A stretch of 63,856 nucleotides of DNA, counting the filler, from Thelocarpon superellum (taxonomy: Eukaryota), in assembly GCA_026025795.1 (NCBI GenBank). It is 2 parts of 2 records of this genome, joined end to end, with 100 filler letters (N's around TTAATTAATTAA, not from the genome) between each part and the next. Parts side by side here need not be neighbours in the genome. Positions count along the whole stretch, not along the records: positions 32,097 to 63,856 come from JAPEUG010000188.1; 1 more part is not named here. The stretch is one strand, 5' to 3'. The position numbers were made by a program, and so were the translations under genes. The notes below the pieces were generated by a model, which ran no database searches, was not told the origin of the DNA, and saw only the letters and a list, made by a program, of their open reading frames with translations. Positions 49,941 to 63,856 of this stretch are shown here, piece after piece. How positions within the stretch are numbered: position 1 is the stretch's first letter; the number at the start of each line of letters is the position of its first letter.

Positions 49941-49950
49941 ATCACGTGAT
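49941..49950. promoter_or_regulatory. Palindromic E-box (ATCACGTGAT), Cbf1-type site between RPL14 and the snoRNA host
   Basis: Perfect 10-bp palindrome containing TCACGTGA in the divergent promoter. Confidence 0.5.
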
Positions 49951-50151
49951 GTTGAATCTCTGTCGCGTCGGTCTCTGCCAGAACTTTCGTTTGACAGCAA
50001 AGAGCTTACAGACCCTCTGGACCGCACTTACAGGTCACTTCACAGGTGCTGTTACGCAACCGTCTGTACCTCATGCTCTTACAGGTGAGTGCGTCTATTC
50101 GATCTGCGTGCCCTGATTGTGCCTGGTCACCCGGGTGCCCCAACACTCTCT

Positions 50152-50260
50152 TCAAATGATGCTATAATTTGCGACTGATCTCGCCGCCCGAGAAACCCTC
50201 GCCGGGGTCTTCGTTCAACGGGGGCGACGATGTGATATTCAATCTTACATATTCTGATTA
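50152..50260 (+). ncRNA. Box C/D snoRNA, U16/snR87-like (18S guide) with a second, 25S-directed guide
   Basis: Box C ATGATG 50156; guide TAATTTGCG + D' CTGA 50175 (antisense to 18S CGCAAATTA); internal stem; guide TCTTACATATT + D CTGA 50254 (antisense to 25S AATATGTAAGA). Confidence 0.8.
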
Positions 50261-50445
50261 CCAGCTGTCCACTCCCATCTTCGTTCGGCAGCCATGCAGG
50301 AGGAGCTCCCTAGCTGACTTGAGGTCAGGTCTAGCTGCTCAATGTCGACAGCATCTGGCGGCGATAGGAACTTTTGGCTACAGTGACAGAAGGTGAGCAT
50401 GCGTTTCTGTTCTCTCCCTGTCAAAGATTCCATCTCCTCTTCCTA

Positions 50446-50560
50446 CATCCAATGATTATAAACCAAACACACTAGATAGTAAGTGAGTCTCCGACCCTCC
50501 TCTCCATGGGGAGGGAAGGGACGCTGATCATATCGTTTTACACCAAGATCACTGAGGATG
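50446..50560 (+). ncRNA. Box C/D snoRNA with U24-like D guide and snR65-like D' guide
   Basis: Terminal stem CATCC/GGATG; box C ATGATT; CTAGATAGTA + D' GTGA (antisense to 25S TACTATCTAG); internal hairpin; CACCAAGATC + D CTGA 50552 (antisense to 25S GATCTTGGTG). Confidence 0.85.
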
Positions 50561-50886
50561 TCTCTGCTTGTGACGAATCTTGCCATGTTTCACATTCCGT
50601 CACTACATCAGAGAATTGGTGCTGACATATTCGAGGTGCCGAGGGATTTCAGGTTACCGCTTTTGATATTTCCTATGATGGCACGGCCAGGATGATGGCG
50701 AGAGAGGCAACAGATTATTCCGAAGAACTAGCCGGTGCCAGGAGATATATCGTATAGTATGGTATAATATGATACAATACACTCAATTGAAAGAAGACGA
50801 GATCCAGCAAAGCCGATTCTGGTCTGTGGGCGGAAGCAAAGAGACAAGAGAAGACGGATGAAGGGAGACAGACAGCCAAATCCTGT

Positions 50887-52244
50887 CTAGAGAGCGACTT
50901 CAACCATGCTCGTTCCATCCGCAGCCGGATCGCGCTTCTTGCCCTTTTGCTCCTCTCCCTCATCTTCACCTGCTTCGTCCTCCTCGGCCTCGTCCTCTGC
51001 ATCCTCTTCATGCCTTCCGTCATGATCATGTGCGTTCTCCGGCGCACCATTCGCCCGTTTCTCGAAATACGCCCGATCGTGCATTCGCACTTTCGGTTCT
51101 TCGCCAAGTGACTTTGGCTCAGGGTCGTCCTTGGGTGGTGGTGCGGGCGGACCTCCGTCACCCTCGTCCTCCTCATCCTCATCTTCGCTCGTGCCATCGG
51201 TCGAGGCGTTGTGCAGAGTGGGATGAGAGGTGTTGGCACCTGCATGCTCGTTGACGGCCTCCGAGGACTGCATCGGCGGCTGCGGCGTTGATAGGGCGCG
51301 TGGACTGGCTTGGCCGGAGGTGGCCGAATGGGGCGTGGGCGGTCCGTGATTTGCTTGCTGCCCTTGTTGTACGGCGATGCTCGGCCCCACCTGTCGTAAC
51401 CTTGGGTCGGCGTTGAGGTAGTATCCACGCACGCCCACGATCCGCCCTTCGCGCTCGCATCCTTCCAGCCACTCGGGTCGCACGACCGGGATATTTCCCT
51501 CGACCGCTTTCTCCCACTGCTCGCCTCGCCCCTCCGTGCACACGAAGTGGGTGGTGTCGATCCGGACCGTATCACTCATCTTGGCGCCAATCCGCTGCAC
51601 GGCCTTCTCGAGGCTCTGGCGGAGCGGGGTGGGAAGGACGCCCGGGGTCACGGTGATGCCCGACAGGTCGGTCATCTTGTGTGTCTTCACCTGCAGCCTC
51701 TCGCTCGAATAGGTGCCTGCCGAGGTGCGCAAGACGAGGTGGAAGGTATACTCCGTGTCGATGGCCAGGCCGCTGATCTTGGTGGACCGCGTCTCCTGCG
51801 GTCGAGGGATCGTCCCGGCTTTGCTGCCATTCCGATAGAGACTCAGGCTCCGCAGGTCAGCCGTGGCCAGGTCAATGGGGTCCCACTCCAGCACGACCGA
51901 GGTCTGGGTGGCATTGCGACAGCGGAGGGTTGGAGGGGAGGGGGATCGTTGGCCAAAGGTGGTGAAGATGTCGTTCTGGAGCGAGGTAAAGGCGGCCTGT
52001 GACTCAATCTCAGACGTGAGGTTTCGTGCGACCGTGATGTCAACGATGGAGCCCGAGGTGATGTGTGGTGGAAGGAGGATTGAGGGGAATTCAATCTGGA
52101 GCGTGCATCAGCTTGGTCCTGCGTTCCCTCTGCGCCATCGTTGCGCCAGCTGGGCCGTTGGGACGAGCTCACCAGTCTCTTATCCTGGGTCAACAGCACG
52201 GCGACGCCCGCATCCACCTTCCCCACCGTCAAGGAGATGAGCAT
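50887..52244 (-). CDS. CHS5: Chitin biosynthesis / exomer protein Chs5 (FN3 + BRCT), 2 exons
   Basis: MLISLTVGKVDAGVAVLLTQDKRL|IEFPSILLP, RNATQTSVVLEWDP, KTHKMTDLSGITV, TTHFVCTEG, IPVVRPEW. Confidence 0.96.
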
Positions 52245-52653
52245 GTCGGCGGTCGATGGAGTCGCGTCGACGGATTTCCGACCTCGAGTCAGGTCATGGC
52301 ATGCTGGACATGGTGTCTGATCTCCAGGAGCTGAAGGCTTTGTTGATGCGCACCTCTGCCAAATAGTCGAGACACCTCTCCACGACGCACTTCCTGGCGC
52401 GGCCAGAACTTCGCCAATGTTCATTGTCGTCTGCCGTAGGCCCTATGTTCCATTGCCGACCGCGAGGTGCAGGTTGGGCGTGACCGAGGACACGAGCGAG
52501 GGACGACGAGTTCAGTTCTCGTCCTACCGAAGGTGCTGAGTTGAGTAGGTCTACGAGTAGGGATCAACTCTCCGACACGACCGACAATCTCACCTTCATC
52601 TCCATCGTCACCCGCTTCATCCGTTCATCTACCCACGTCGTGCAGCCATCACA

Positions 52654-53375
52654 ATGGCTGTCGGAGTAAGTGACTTGAGCATGACTCATGCCTTCAGCCA
52701 CGTCAAGAAAGGCTGCTGACGATACCAAACCTGCAGCGAAGCGCAGCCCTAAAGGTCGACTGGACCAAGATCGGCACGTCACTCGGCATCAAAGGTCAGA
52801 CCGCCGCGGCGCTACAAGCCTTCAAGAAACGCAATGAGGACGCGCGGCGACGAGTGCAGCTGTTATCAGAACAGCCACAAGAGGTCGACTTCAAGCACTA
52901 CCGCTCGGTGTTGAAGAATCAATCCGTCGTCGACGAGATCGAGAGCCAGACCAAGGCCTACAAGGCCGTCACGTACGACGTCGGCCGACAGATCAAGACC
53001 ATTGAGGCCTTTGAGGCTCAGGCTGTGAAGAATGCAGAGGATACCAAAGGAAAGGTGGATGTGGAGCTGAAGGAGCTAGAGAAGACGTTGAAGAACATTG
53101 AGGATGCGCGACCTTTTGAAGATCTGACGGTGGTATGTCATCAACGCCCTTCCACGGCCTTCCCATGCCATACGCCAGACTCTAACATCTCACCGTACAG
53201 GACGAGGTCGTTGCCGCCCGGCCCGACATTGATGCACGCACCACGCAACTGGTGTCGAAAGGACGCTGGTCGGTTCCAGGGTACAAGGTACGTCGACGTG
53301 GTCAGAGCGGTCATCCTGGACGGAATCGTTCCTAACAATTCACAGGAGAAGTTTGGCGACCTCTCATTGCTGTAG
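52654..53375 (+). CDS. ATP7: Mitochondrial ATP synthase subunit d, 4 exons
   Basis: [16 protein letters not shown]...[56 protein letters not shown]. Confidence 0.96.
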
Positions 53376-53687
53376 ATGGATTGATGAAGCGTATGAGTCG
53401 GCATCACCTCTACGTCCCTCCCCCCCCCTTCCCCTTCGAATCGTCCAGGGCACCGCCTTGTACGCTGTACTGGTAAAGAGACTAGACCGATCAATCGATC
53501 AATCAACCATCTAAGTAAAAGATGCTGCATTCCCACAATAAGAGCGTACCAACCGCAACATACGATAGTCTCACTGCCTACTCGCAGAAAACCACCCGTC
53601 CGAGTCCTCACCACGCAGACGCAGACCTGGAGAATGGGGAGAGGGTGGGTGAGATCTGAACAGCTGAGATCCTATACGCACTAGTAC

Positions 53688-53773
53688 GAGGAGGAGGAGG
53701 AGGAGGAAGAGGAGGAGGAGGAGGAAGAGGAGGAGGATGAAGAGGAGGAGGAAGAGGAGGAGCAAAGGAGGAG
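53688..53773. repeat. Imperfect (GAG)n microsatellite between convergent ATP7 and transcription factor genes
   Basis: GAG/AAG triplet tract seen directly. Confidence 0.9.
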
Positions 53774-54232
53774 CAGCAGTTCAGCCTGGATAGATGAATA
53801 GACGGATGGCTGAAAGAATAGAAAGAGACATCATAAGACTCCTCTACCCTTGGCTATACAGAGACATGACTTGAAGGTCCCAACACCATCCGGCAACCCA
53901 ACGCTACCCATCACGTTCGCTTCTTCGCGTCAACCAACCCACACTTACAGATCTTCTTTCTTGTATCGCGCCTTTCTCTCTCTGTCTCTTTTTGACGCTG
54001 CACTACTTCAAGTCCTGTCCTGTCCCGTTTGACTATACCCGTAGCCTGCTTTCTTATCCGGAGTCTGAGCCTCGCTTCGTCCACGGCCGTAGCAGATGAA
54101 CCGTACGTATGAGAGTCATACTAGAAAACGCCTACACCGAACCTGTTCGCTTCAAGTCGAGTCGAGTCGCGCCGAGTCGAGTCGAGTTCGTCACGACGTC
54201 ATACATACAAGAATGACCGCAAGAACGACCGG

Positions 54233-56617
54233 TCATCCAAGGAGCACTATCGTGATGATGATGATGGTTAGGTTCGTCGGTCTGGAGCGAGGATGGATGA
54301 TCACGAGCGATGTGAGACTCACCTTCCCAGTGCCAGTCGGTCATCACGCCCACCCAGTGCAAGCTGCCGCGTACGGTCTCATCAGGATTCATGGGCCCTT
54401 CGTACAGCGCCCGCCCATATGGCTGGCGACTTGCGTCGCGGCGGTCCCACACCTCTTTGATCACCTCCCAGCACCGATCGATGTTGCCGATCCACATTCG
54501 GCGCGCCATGGCGTCCCATCGGTACTTCACCCAGCGGCGCGTCTCTTCGTCATCCGCTTCACAGCCGGCGGCCAAGAGCGGGTAGATGTGCACGATGATG
54601 GCGCGGGAGGACAACGGCACCATCGATAGTAGCGTCAGCACCTTGGCCGCCAGCTGGCCGCTGCTCAGTGACGGCATCTCGGGCACGGCCTGGTGGAGGT
54701 ACAGCAGCGTGGCCCACCGATAGGCCTCGGCCGTGTGCACGCTGTGATCGACCTCCGAAGTCGGGTCCTCGGGCGTTTCGAACTGATCTGGGACCGTCCA
54801 CTCTTCGATCTGCGCCTTCAAAGTCGTCGCTTGGGCGATGAGGCTCGGCGAATTGCCTTTGCTGTTTCGCACGCGCCGGATCAGGTTGGCCACCCGTCCG
54901 ATCATGGGGAAGAGGTTACTCGCACAGCCCATCAGCGGATCGAGCTCGGGCTGGATGCTGTACAGTCCTTGACCGAAGGAGACAAAGGTGTCGAAGTCGT
55001 TGAAGTCGTCGTTCTCAATGGATGTGAGGCGCGCAATGACGTCCATGTAAATCCACGTGTTGACGAGGAAGCGCAGCGTCGCCAGATCCGCCCCGGCCAT
55101 GGGCCGGCTGGTTCGGTGCTTGACCAGCGCCTGGTTGACCAACAGCTTGGCTCCCCGTAGGTGCTGGATGCCCGTGGAGATGTGCTGATCCCAGGATTCG
55201 GAAAAGGCCAGCACCAACGTCGTGGCCAGCGCAGCGTCGATGCGCATGCTGCCGATGTTCGTTGCCAGCGCCCGCACGCTCTGTCGCATGTGCTCCACGC
55301 CGTCCAACTTCAGCGACGGCTGTTCTTTCGACGTGTGAAAGGCGGTCAGCGACGCCAGCGCGTGATAGAGCGCCGGTGAATCCTTCGCCAGAGGCCAGAC
55401 CAGTGTTCGCCACGGGTTCTCCGTCGGCCCATCCTTGATGGACAGGATGCCGCACGTTTGCTTGTCGAACCGTAGCATCAGTTGCTCCGGGCTGCCTGGG
55501 GAAATCGACGGCTGTGGGGGGATGCCATTAATGAGGGTGTGGAGGGTATGGGGACGCCCCGACGCTGTGAATGCCGTAGACGTGTACCGCGTTGGCCATA
55601 ACGCCGTCTCAAACTCCGGTCCTCGCGGGATCTCTTCCACATCTTCCTCCTCTCCCGCCGTCGAGACGGGTGGGACATGCTGCGGGGTGACCATAGCAAA
55701 GACCCCTGCCGGCTGCTCGGCGCGATACGTTTGATGCTCCACTGGAGGTGCGTTCATATCCGTCCCCGGTAGGAGAAGGTCGATGAGCCGAGGAGACTGG
55801 CCGGACCGGGGCGCGGATGAAGCTGTAGTCGCAGTCGGGAGCGTCGGCGTGCTCTCTGCCGAACGATCCAGGGGCTGGATGAGAGGACCGGAGATAGGCG
55901 GGAGCACTTGAACATGCGGCATCGCCTGCATGGTCTGGGGCTCAAAGCTATACGTTGGGGGATTCGAGGCAGGCGGAGGGTTCGACATATACGGACCGGT
56001 GGATGCGGCGGGGAAGGTCATGTTGGGAAAGGCGGCGGTATAGGGAGGTGTCGGCAGAGAGCCCGGCGGATAGGCGGCGGACGGGCCTGGGTCCGCCAAC
56101 GGGGGAGAGTGGCCATCACTGCCTAGGGTCTGAGGGGAATCAGGGGCGGTAGCTGGTACCCGTCAGCTCCTGTATCCACCTCGCGTGCGCGGTCGTCACT
56201 CACCCTTCTTGGGCTTGCTGGTGAAGCTGGCCTCCTCCAGCGGCCGCCATTTGAAGGCCTTCTTGTACCCCCCACACGTCACGTTGCGTTTGTGGCATTG
56301 CTGGCATGACGGCTTCGTCTCATCACACTTCAATCGCTTCGCCTTGCAAGTGATGCACCCTGTCGCGCGAGCATCGCCTTATCAGTTGCAGTCAAAGGAT
56401 TCCTGGGCGGGGGAGGCAGCCAACCATTGCGGCTTTTCGATTGCTTCGGCCTAACGCGGTCCTCGTCTGGGGCCGTCTTCTCCGATCTGACCGCGGTGAC
56501 GGGCCGTTTGTGGACCCGGGATGCAGCGCGGACGGGGACGGTGGACTGCGAGGCGACGGCGGCAGCGGCAGAGGAGGAGAAGGTGAGCGGCGGCGGCGGT
56601 TCTGGTTGTGGGTCCAT
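54233..56617 (-). CDS. Zn2Cys6 transcription factor with fungal-specific TF domain (Acr-2-like), 4 exons
   Basis: KSRN|GCITCKAKRLKCDETKPSCQQCHKRNVTCGGY; TCGILSIKDGPTENPWR, LDPLMGCA, AEAYRWATLLYLHQAVPE; ends WHWE|VLLG*. Confidence 0.92.
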
Positions 56618-58256
56618 CTAGACGATGCATGCCCGTGGGAGGGAACAGCAGCGACGTCGTCACGGACGTCTGGCAAGGATGGGGGAGAAGAGACCAACAG
56701 AGGTAGATGAAGCCGTGACCGCAAGCGTGATAAGAGAGCTTCGAGGGACCAGGGACAGGCCCAACGCGATTGACTGCCTGAGCGATTGGGCGATTGGGCC
56801 TATCGTCGCCCTCGGCTACCGTGCTACCTGTGCGGTGCAACCTGTGCGGCGTGCGCGCTGCCTCTCTGCCTGTCCGGCCCCAGTACCGGGACCGGGGAGG
56901 ACCTGTCAAGGTTCGGGCTACAGCCTCTGCTAATCATCCGCCACCGTCGTTCACATTTGGACCGGGAGCTAAAGTCTCCGGGCGAAGCGATGCGCTCTTG
57001 CCCTCTGCCCCTCTGCGACCCTCGGCCACCGCGACCTCGTCTTCCCCGCGGCGGATCTACAGGGAGCTGGATTGTGCAAGTCCTCGGACACAGGTCCGAC
57101 GACGTGGTCGGGCGCGCGCGATGGAGCCGCCTGCGAGCTCTGGCGCTGCCGGCGGCGCCCGGCTGGCTGCCGGCGGTGGGGCAACGACGGGGCCGCGGGG
57201 GGCGATCGAGCGACGGCGCCTGGGCGACGCCGCGGCGGCTGAGGTGGTGTTCGCTCGGACGGAGGTAGCTGCACACTATCTGTACTATCTCTCGACTATC
57301 TCAATGGGGTGGAGGGGGCGGCGGTGGTGAGATGGTGGGTTGTAGTTGCAGCCGTACGAGAGCATTACTCGCACTACAATAGCAGCCGGAGTGACAGGAA
57401 CAGCCGTAGGAGCCGTAGCAAAAGCAGCAGCAGTGGCCGTGGCAGTAGCAGGATTGTCGCTAGCACAAGAACTACTGTAGCAGCAAAAGTAGGTGGATCC
57501 AGTAGCGGGTGAGGAGTACTCGTGGTGGGAATAGAGGGTGGTGGTCGGTCTACTCGCGCGGTGGACGCTTCTGACGTCGGCACGGCTGGGTTTCCTTTCT
57601 CCGCGTACCCCAACAGCTGCCATGCGCTGATACGGAAGCCCTTCTCCAGATACTCGTACGAGTACGCGTGCCCACGAGTGCTCCGTAGTCCGCATATGCA
57701 CGAATACGAGTCCAGCTCTTTCTTCACTCCGAAGGAGCGTTCGATACCCGGGCTGGCCTGTGGCCTGCTGCAGCTACAGCTGCGGCTGCGGCTACAGTTG
57801 CTGTGCTACAAAGGCTGACGGCACGCTTCTGCTCGCGACTGGCGGGCAGGGTGCGTCCCCTGACAGTACTGCGTGCCATTCACCCGGCACCCCACCACGC
57901 CCACCAAGCTGACTTTCTCCAGACCCAAGGCTCGAAGCGACTCGGCCGCTGACATAAACCACCCATAAGCATCCTCAGTGGGAAAGGTTTGCCGTGGACG
58001 CTGGCTCGCAGATAAGTTACGAGTAAGCTGGCGGTCACTAACCATCCAACTACCATCCGGGAATCTTAGTTGCTGCTCCGTGGGGCTTGACGGAAGACTA
58101 TTGCAGGGCTTGTTCGGGCTCGCGGCGCGAGCTCGCCGCGCGAGAGTCCATGCCAAACGCTACCAAGTTCTTCCGACCAAGCTCACGCTCAGGGAATATG
58201 TACAAGAGCCCTTCGCTCGGCCCGGCCCGCCGCCGTGGTGAGAGGGCATCGGAGCA

Positions 58257-61177
<2,921 letters not shown>

Positions 61178-62334
61178 TCACGGCAATGGCGACGCACTGA
61201 TGCTCGACCCCGTCGCGCATACGATACCAAAGGGGCTGCAACAGCGACAAGACGTCGGCGTCAGCGTCCAGCTCACAGTGCCAGGGAGACTGAGACTTGG
61301 CAACTGGCGGTGTTGATTATTATTTTTTCTCCGTGGGGTAGTGAGCTTTACTCGTACTCCAGGCGTGAACGGTTCCTATGTCGGGCTGTCGAGCGTCGCT
61401 TGCAGTAGTGCGGGCGATGTCGCATGCCCCGACCTGCAGCAGCACCCCCATCCTTGGGTCGTTTGCGCGTCCTCGCACCTCCCTCCTTTCTCATGAGCCC
61501 CAGGTCGCTGCAACACAATCACTCTTGGACACAACCTATTCGACTTTTTGGATCGGCATGCTGTGCACACTGGCTTTCCAGCCTCGATCAAACTCTCCAA
61601 CCTGATCCGTCTCCCAGACGTCCAGCCTGCCCTCTGGCGACCAGATTCTGACGCCCTGACCCTGGCTCTATCGGCATGGAGGGGTGATGAGTCTGGTCGT
61701 AGGATGCCATCATTTACAGGCACAGGATGGCGCCTGATTAGATTCATCTCAAGTGCGAGGAAGGGCCAGTACGAGCTGAGCAGATCACGGGTCAAATCTT
61801 TGTTACAGAAATTCTCTACTGCCCCTCTTGGATGTACATGGGTCTTGGCCGAAGATCGCCCTCCGTCACACAGCTCTACCGCTCTCTGTGCACGAGGTGT
61901 CTTTGAGGTTCACAACCGAGACTGAAGTCAGGCCTTGCGGGCCGAGAGATGTCGCAGGCAGTAGGGCTCTAAGCACATCCGTCGACCAGTAGGCGTGAGG
62001 GTCCTGCGTAAAGGCCATTGCGGCCCGGGCACGGCATGAAGCAGCCTTGAAGCAAGGAAGGTGGCAGCTAGATGGGAGATACAACAGAGGGAATAGAGAC
62101 CGGTGGACACTCAACTGCATTCGCCAATTCCGATGGAACAAATGAATCAAAACAACCCATCGTTATCCACGACCCGACCATGACCGCTACCATGTGGATT
62201 ATCCCCGGGGAAGCCCAGACCGCGTCCACGTCTCAACCCTGTCGTGGTCGAAGCACCTTCCCCGTCTCTCACTTCTCGTCTCACTCATCTACCACCCCCA
62301 TCGCCGATCAACCATCATCTGCCATGCCTCCACC

Positions 62335-62902
62335 TCAGTGATGGCGAGTGGCCACCACGGCCGGAACAATGATGACGAGCAGCAGAATGATGATGCCGAC
62401 CGCCAGGCAGATTTTCATCTTGAAGTCCGCGAGCCACATCTAGACGCTTGCACGTTAGCCCAGCGCCCAAAGGGGGTTGATGAGCTGATGGCGAGGATGA
62501 GCCCGTGGAAGACCGACCTGCTTCCGCACCCGGTTCGCACCCCGTCGGAATCCTTGAGCCGACACGGCCAGGTTGTCGGTTTTATCTTGGAGCGAGTCGA
62601 GGCGCTCGCCACGTTGCGAGACCTTGTTGATGTTCTCGCGCATCACGCCCACCGTGTCGTCGATTTGCTGGACCACGTACGTTAGCCGCTGACGCTCCAC
62701 CTACCACGGTCCTTCGCAGGCCCGATCCAGCCGATGGTCGTCCACGACATCGGGCGGCCGGTGAAGCCGAATCCAGAGAGTGGGAACATACCGCCTGCAG
62801 CGCTGCTGTTCTTTGGTTGCCGCCATTCTGCGCGGCACTTGCACCTGCGCCGTGGTCTTGGGGGATGTACGGGTCGTACGGAGGTTCGCCACGGTCGGCC
62901 AT
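62335..62902 (-). CDS. SNC1: Synaptobrevin-like v-SNARE, 3 exons
   Basis: [47 protein letters not shown]...RVRKQ|MW, C-terminal transmembrane helix. Confidence 0.95.
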
Positions 62903-63856
62903 CGCGTTGCTCACGATCAGCGGCGGTCCGGAGTCGGGTGAGCGGAGAGCGGACGGCGGTCAACGGCGCAGCACGACGATATACGGCCCGGGATGGGGAT
63001 GACGGATGGCGGCGGTGATGGTTGGATGGTGGGAAGGGTAGAAGGTTGGATGGACTGGCGTAATCGTGATGAAGTTGATCAGGCCACAAGTGTCGGGATT
63101 CGTCCGGCGCTGGGTAAGCCGGGGCACGAGTAACCGGGGCTGCACCACTAGTCGGCACCGCTCGCCTTCACAACAACGGACGAAGCACCCGTAGCAGCAG
63201 CCATCCACGTACCAGTCGTTCCGGTAGGCGAGGTGGTCGCCCTTGCGCTTGGCACCTTTCAAAGCCACGCCACGATCGGATGTCACACGGTGCGTAAGAG
63301 GAGGCGAAGGTCGTCGCGACCGTGGTCTAGTAGTACTTGATTTGAAGTACGCCGGACTAGGTAGCTAATCTTGGCTGCCTGGCTACGTACTCGAAATAGA
63401 CCGTTAGATCCTGCGACGCTTCGCGCATGAGGGACGCAGTTTCATCGTCGCTTGGTCGCCGCTCCTCCACTCGTGCTCGATCATTCGGCACGTAATCCTC
63501 CTTCCTGGTACCATGGTCGTACCCAGAGCCAAAGGTCACGGGTGCTGCTTCACATGCCGGAATGTCGCTCCGTGCCTTGCACGAGACTACAATCAACGAC
63601 AACGACGTACATGCCTGCCACTCATAACTATGTGAGCCGAACGTGAGGACCGGACGCCGGGCACTTTCGCATGTCTGCCTACGCCCTCCCTACTCCCTTC
63701 CTTTTCCCTCGTCTCGACACCTCCGTTCCCTCTTACAATCCACCTGGCGTCCCCTGAGCTCCCGAGCACGTATGAAGAAACGAATCATAACCCTCGTTCA
63801 GCAAGCTAGGTCCGCAGGCATGATCACCTGGTCCGTCACAAGAGCCGCTTATGGTC

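Larger units (their letters stand above)
50000..50700 (+). ncRNA. Spliced non-coding snoRNA host transcript (ends approximate)
   Basis: Intron 1 50085-50328 (GTGAGT...GCTGAC...CAG) and intron 2 50393 to about 50652 (GTGAGC...GCTGAC...CAG) each hold one C/D snoRNA; exons lack a credible ORF. Confidence 0.7.

Overview
GC-rich, gene-dense eukaryotic DNA from a filamentous ascomycete (Pezizomycotina-type genes, short GT-AG introns with CTRAC branch points). A 100-nt artificial spacer (44 N + TTAATTAATTAA + 44 N, 31997-32096) splits the window, so the two halves may not be truly adjacent. About 26 protein-coding genes can be supported. Left half: UBE2O-like E2 (partial), DET1-like phosphatase, PRKRIP1-like, CCT3, a probable pseudokinase, a GH72 glucanosyltransferase, Sds3-like, a CmcJ/AsaB-like oxygenase, an AT-hook protein and several orphans. 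Right half: F-box-like, ADE4, a RID/DmtA-type C5 DNA methyltransferase next to RAD1/XPF, eIF1A, an RnpA-like protein, NAC-alpha, RPL14, CHS5, ATP7, a Zn2Cys6 transcription factor, ARG5,6 and SNC1/2. The best signal is not in the ORF track: a spliced non-coding host gene, divergent from RPL14, carrying two intronic dual-guide box C/D snoRNAs whose guide combinations differ from yeast. Next come a nuclear ORF resembling bacterial RNase P protein (RnpA) and a recurrent intergenic TACTCGTA/TACGAGTA motif. No transposons, RIP-degraded repeats, tRNAs, rRNAs or CRISPR arrays were seen. All family calls come from motif recognition by eye and rRNA target sequences are recalled; no database searches were run.
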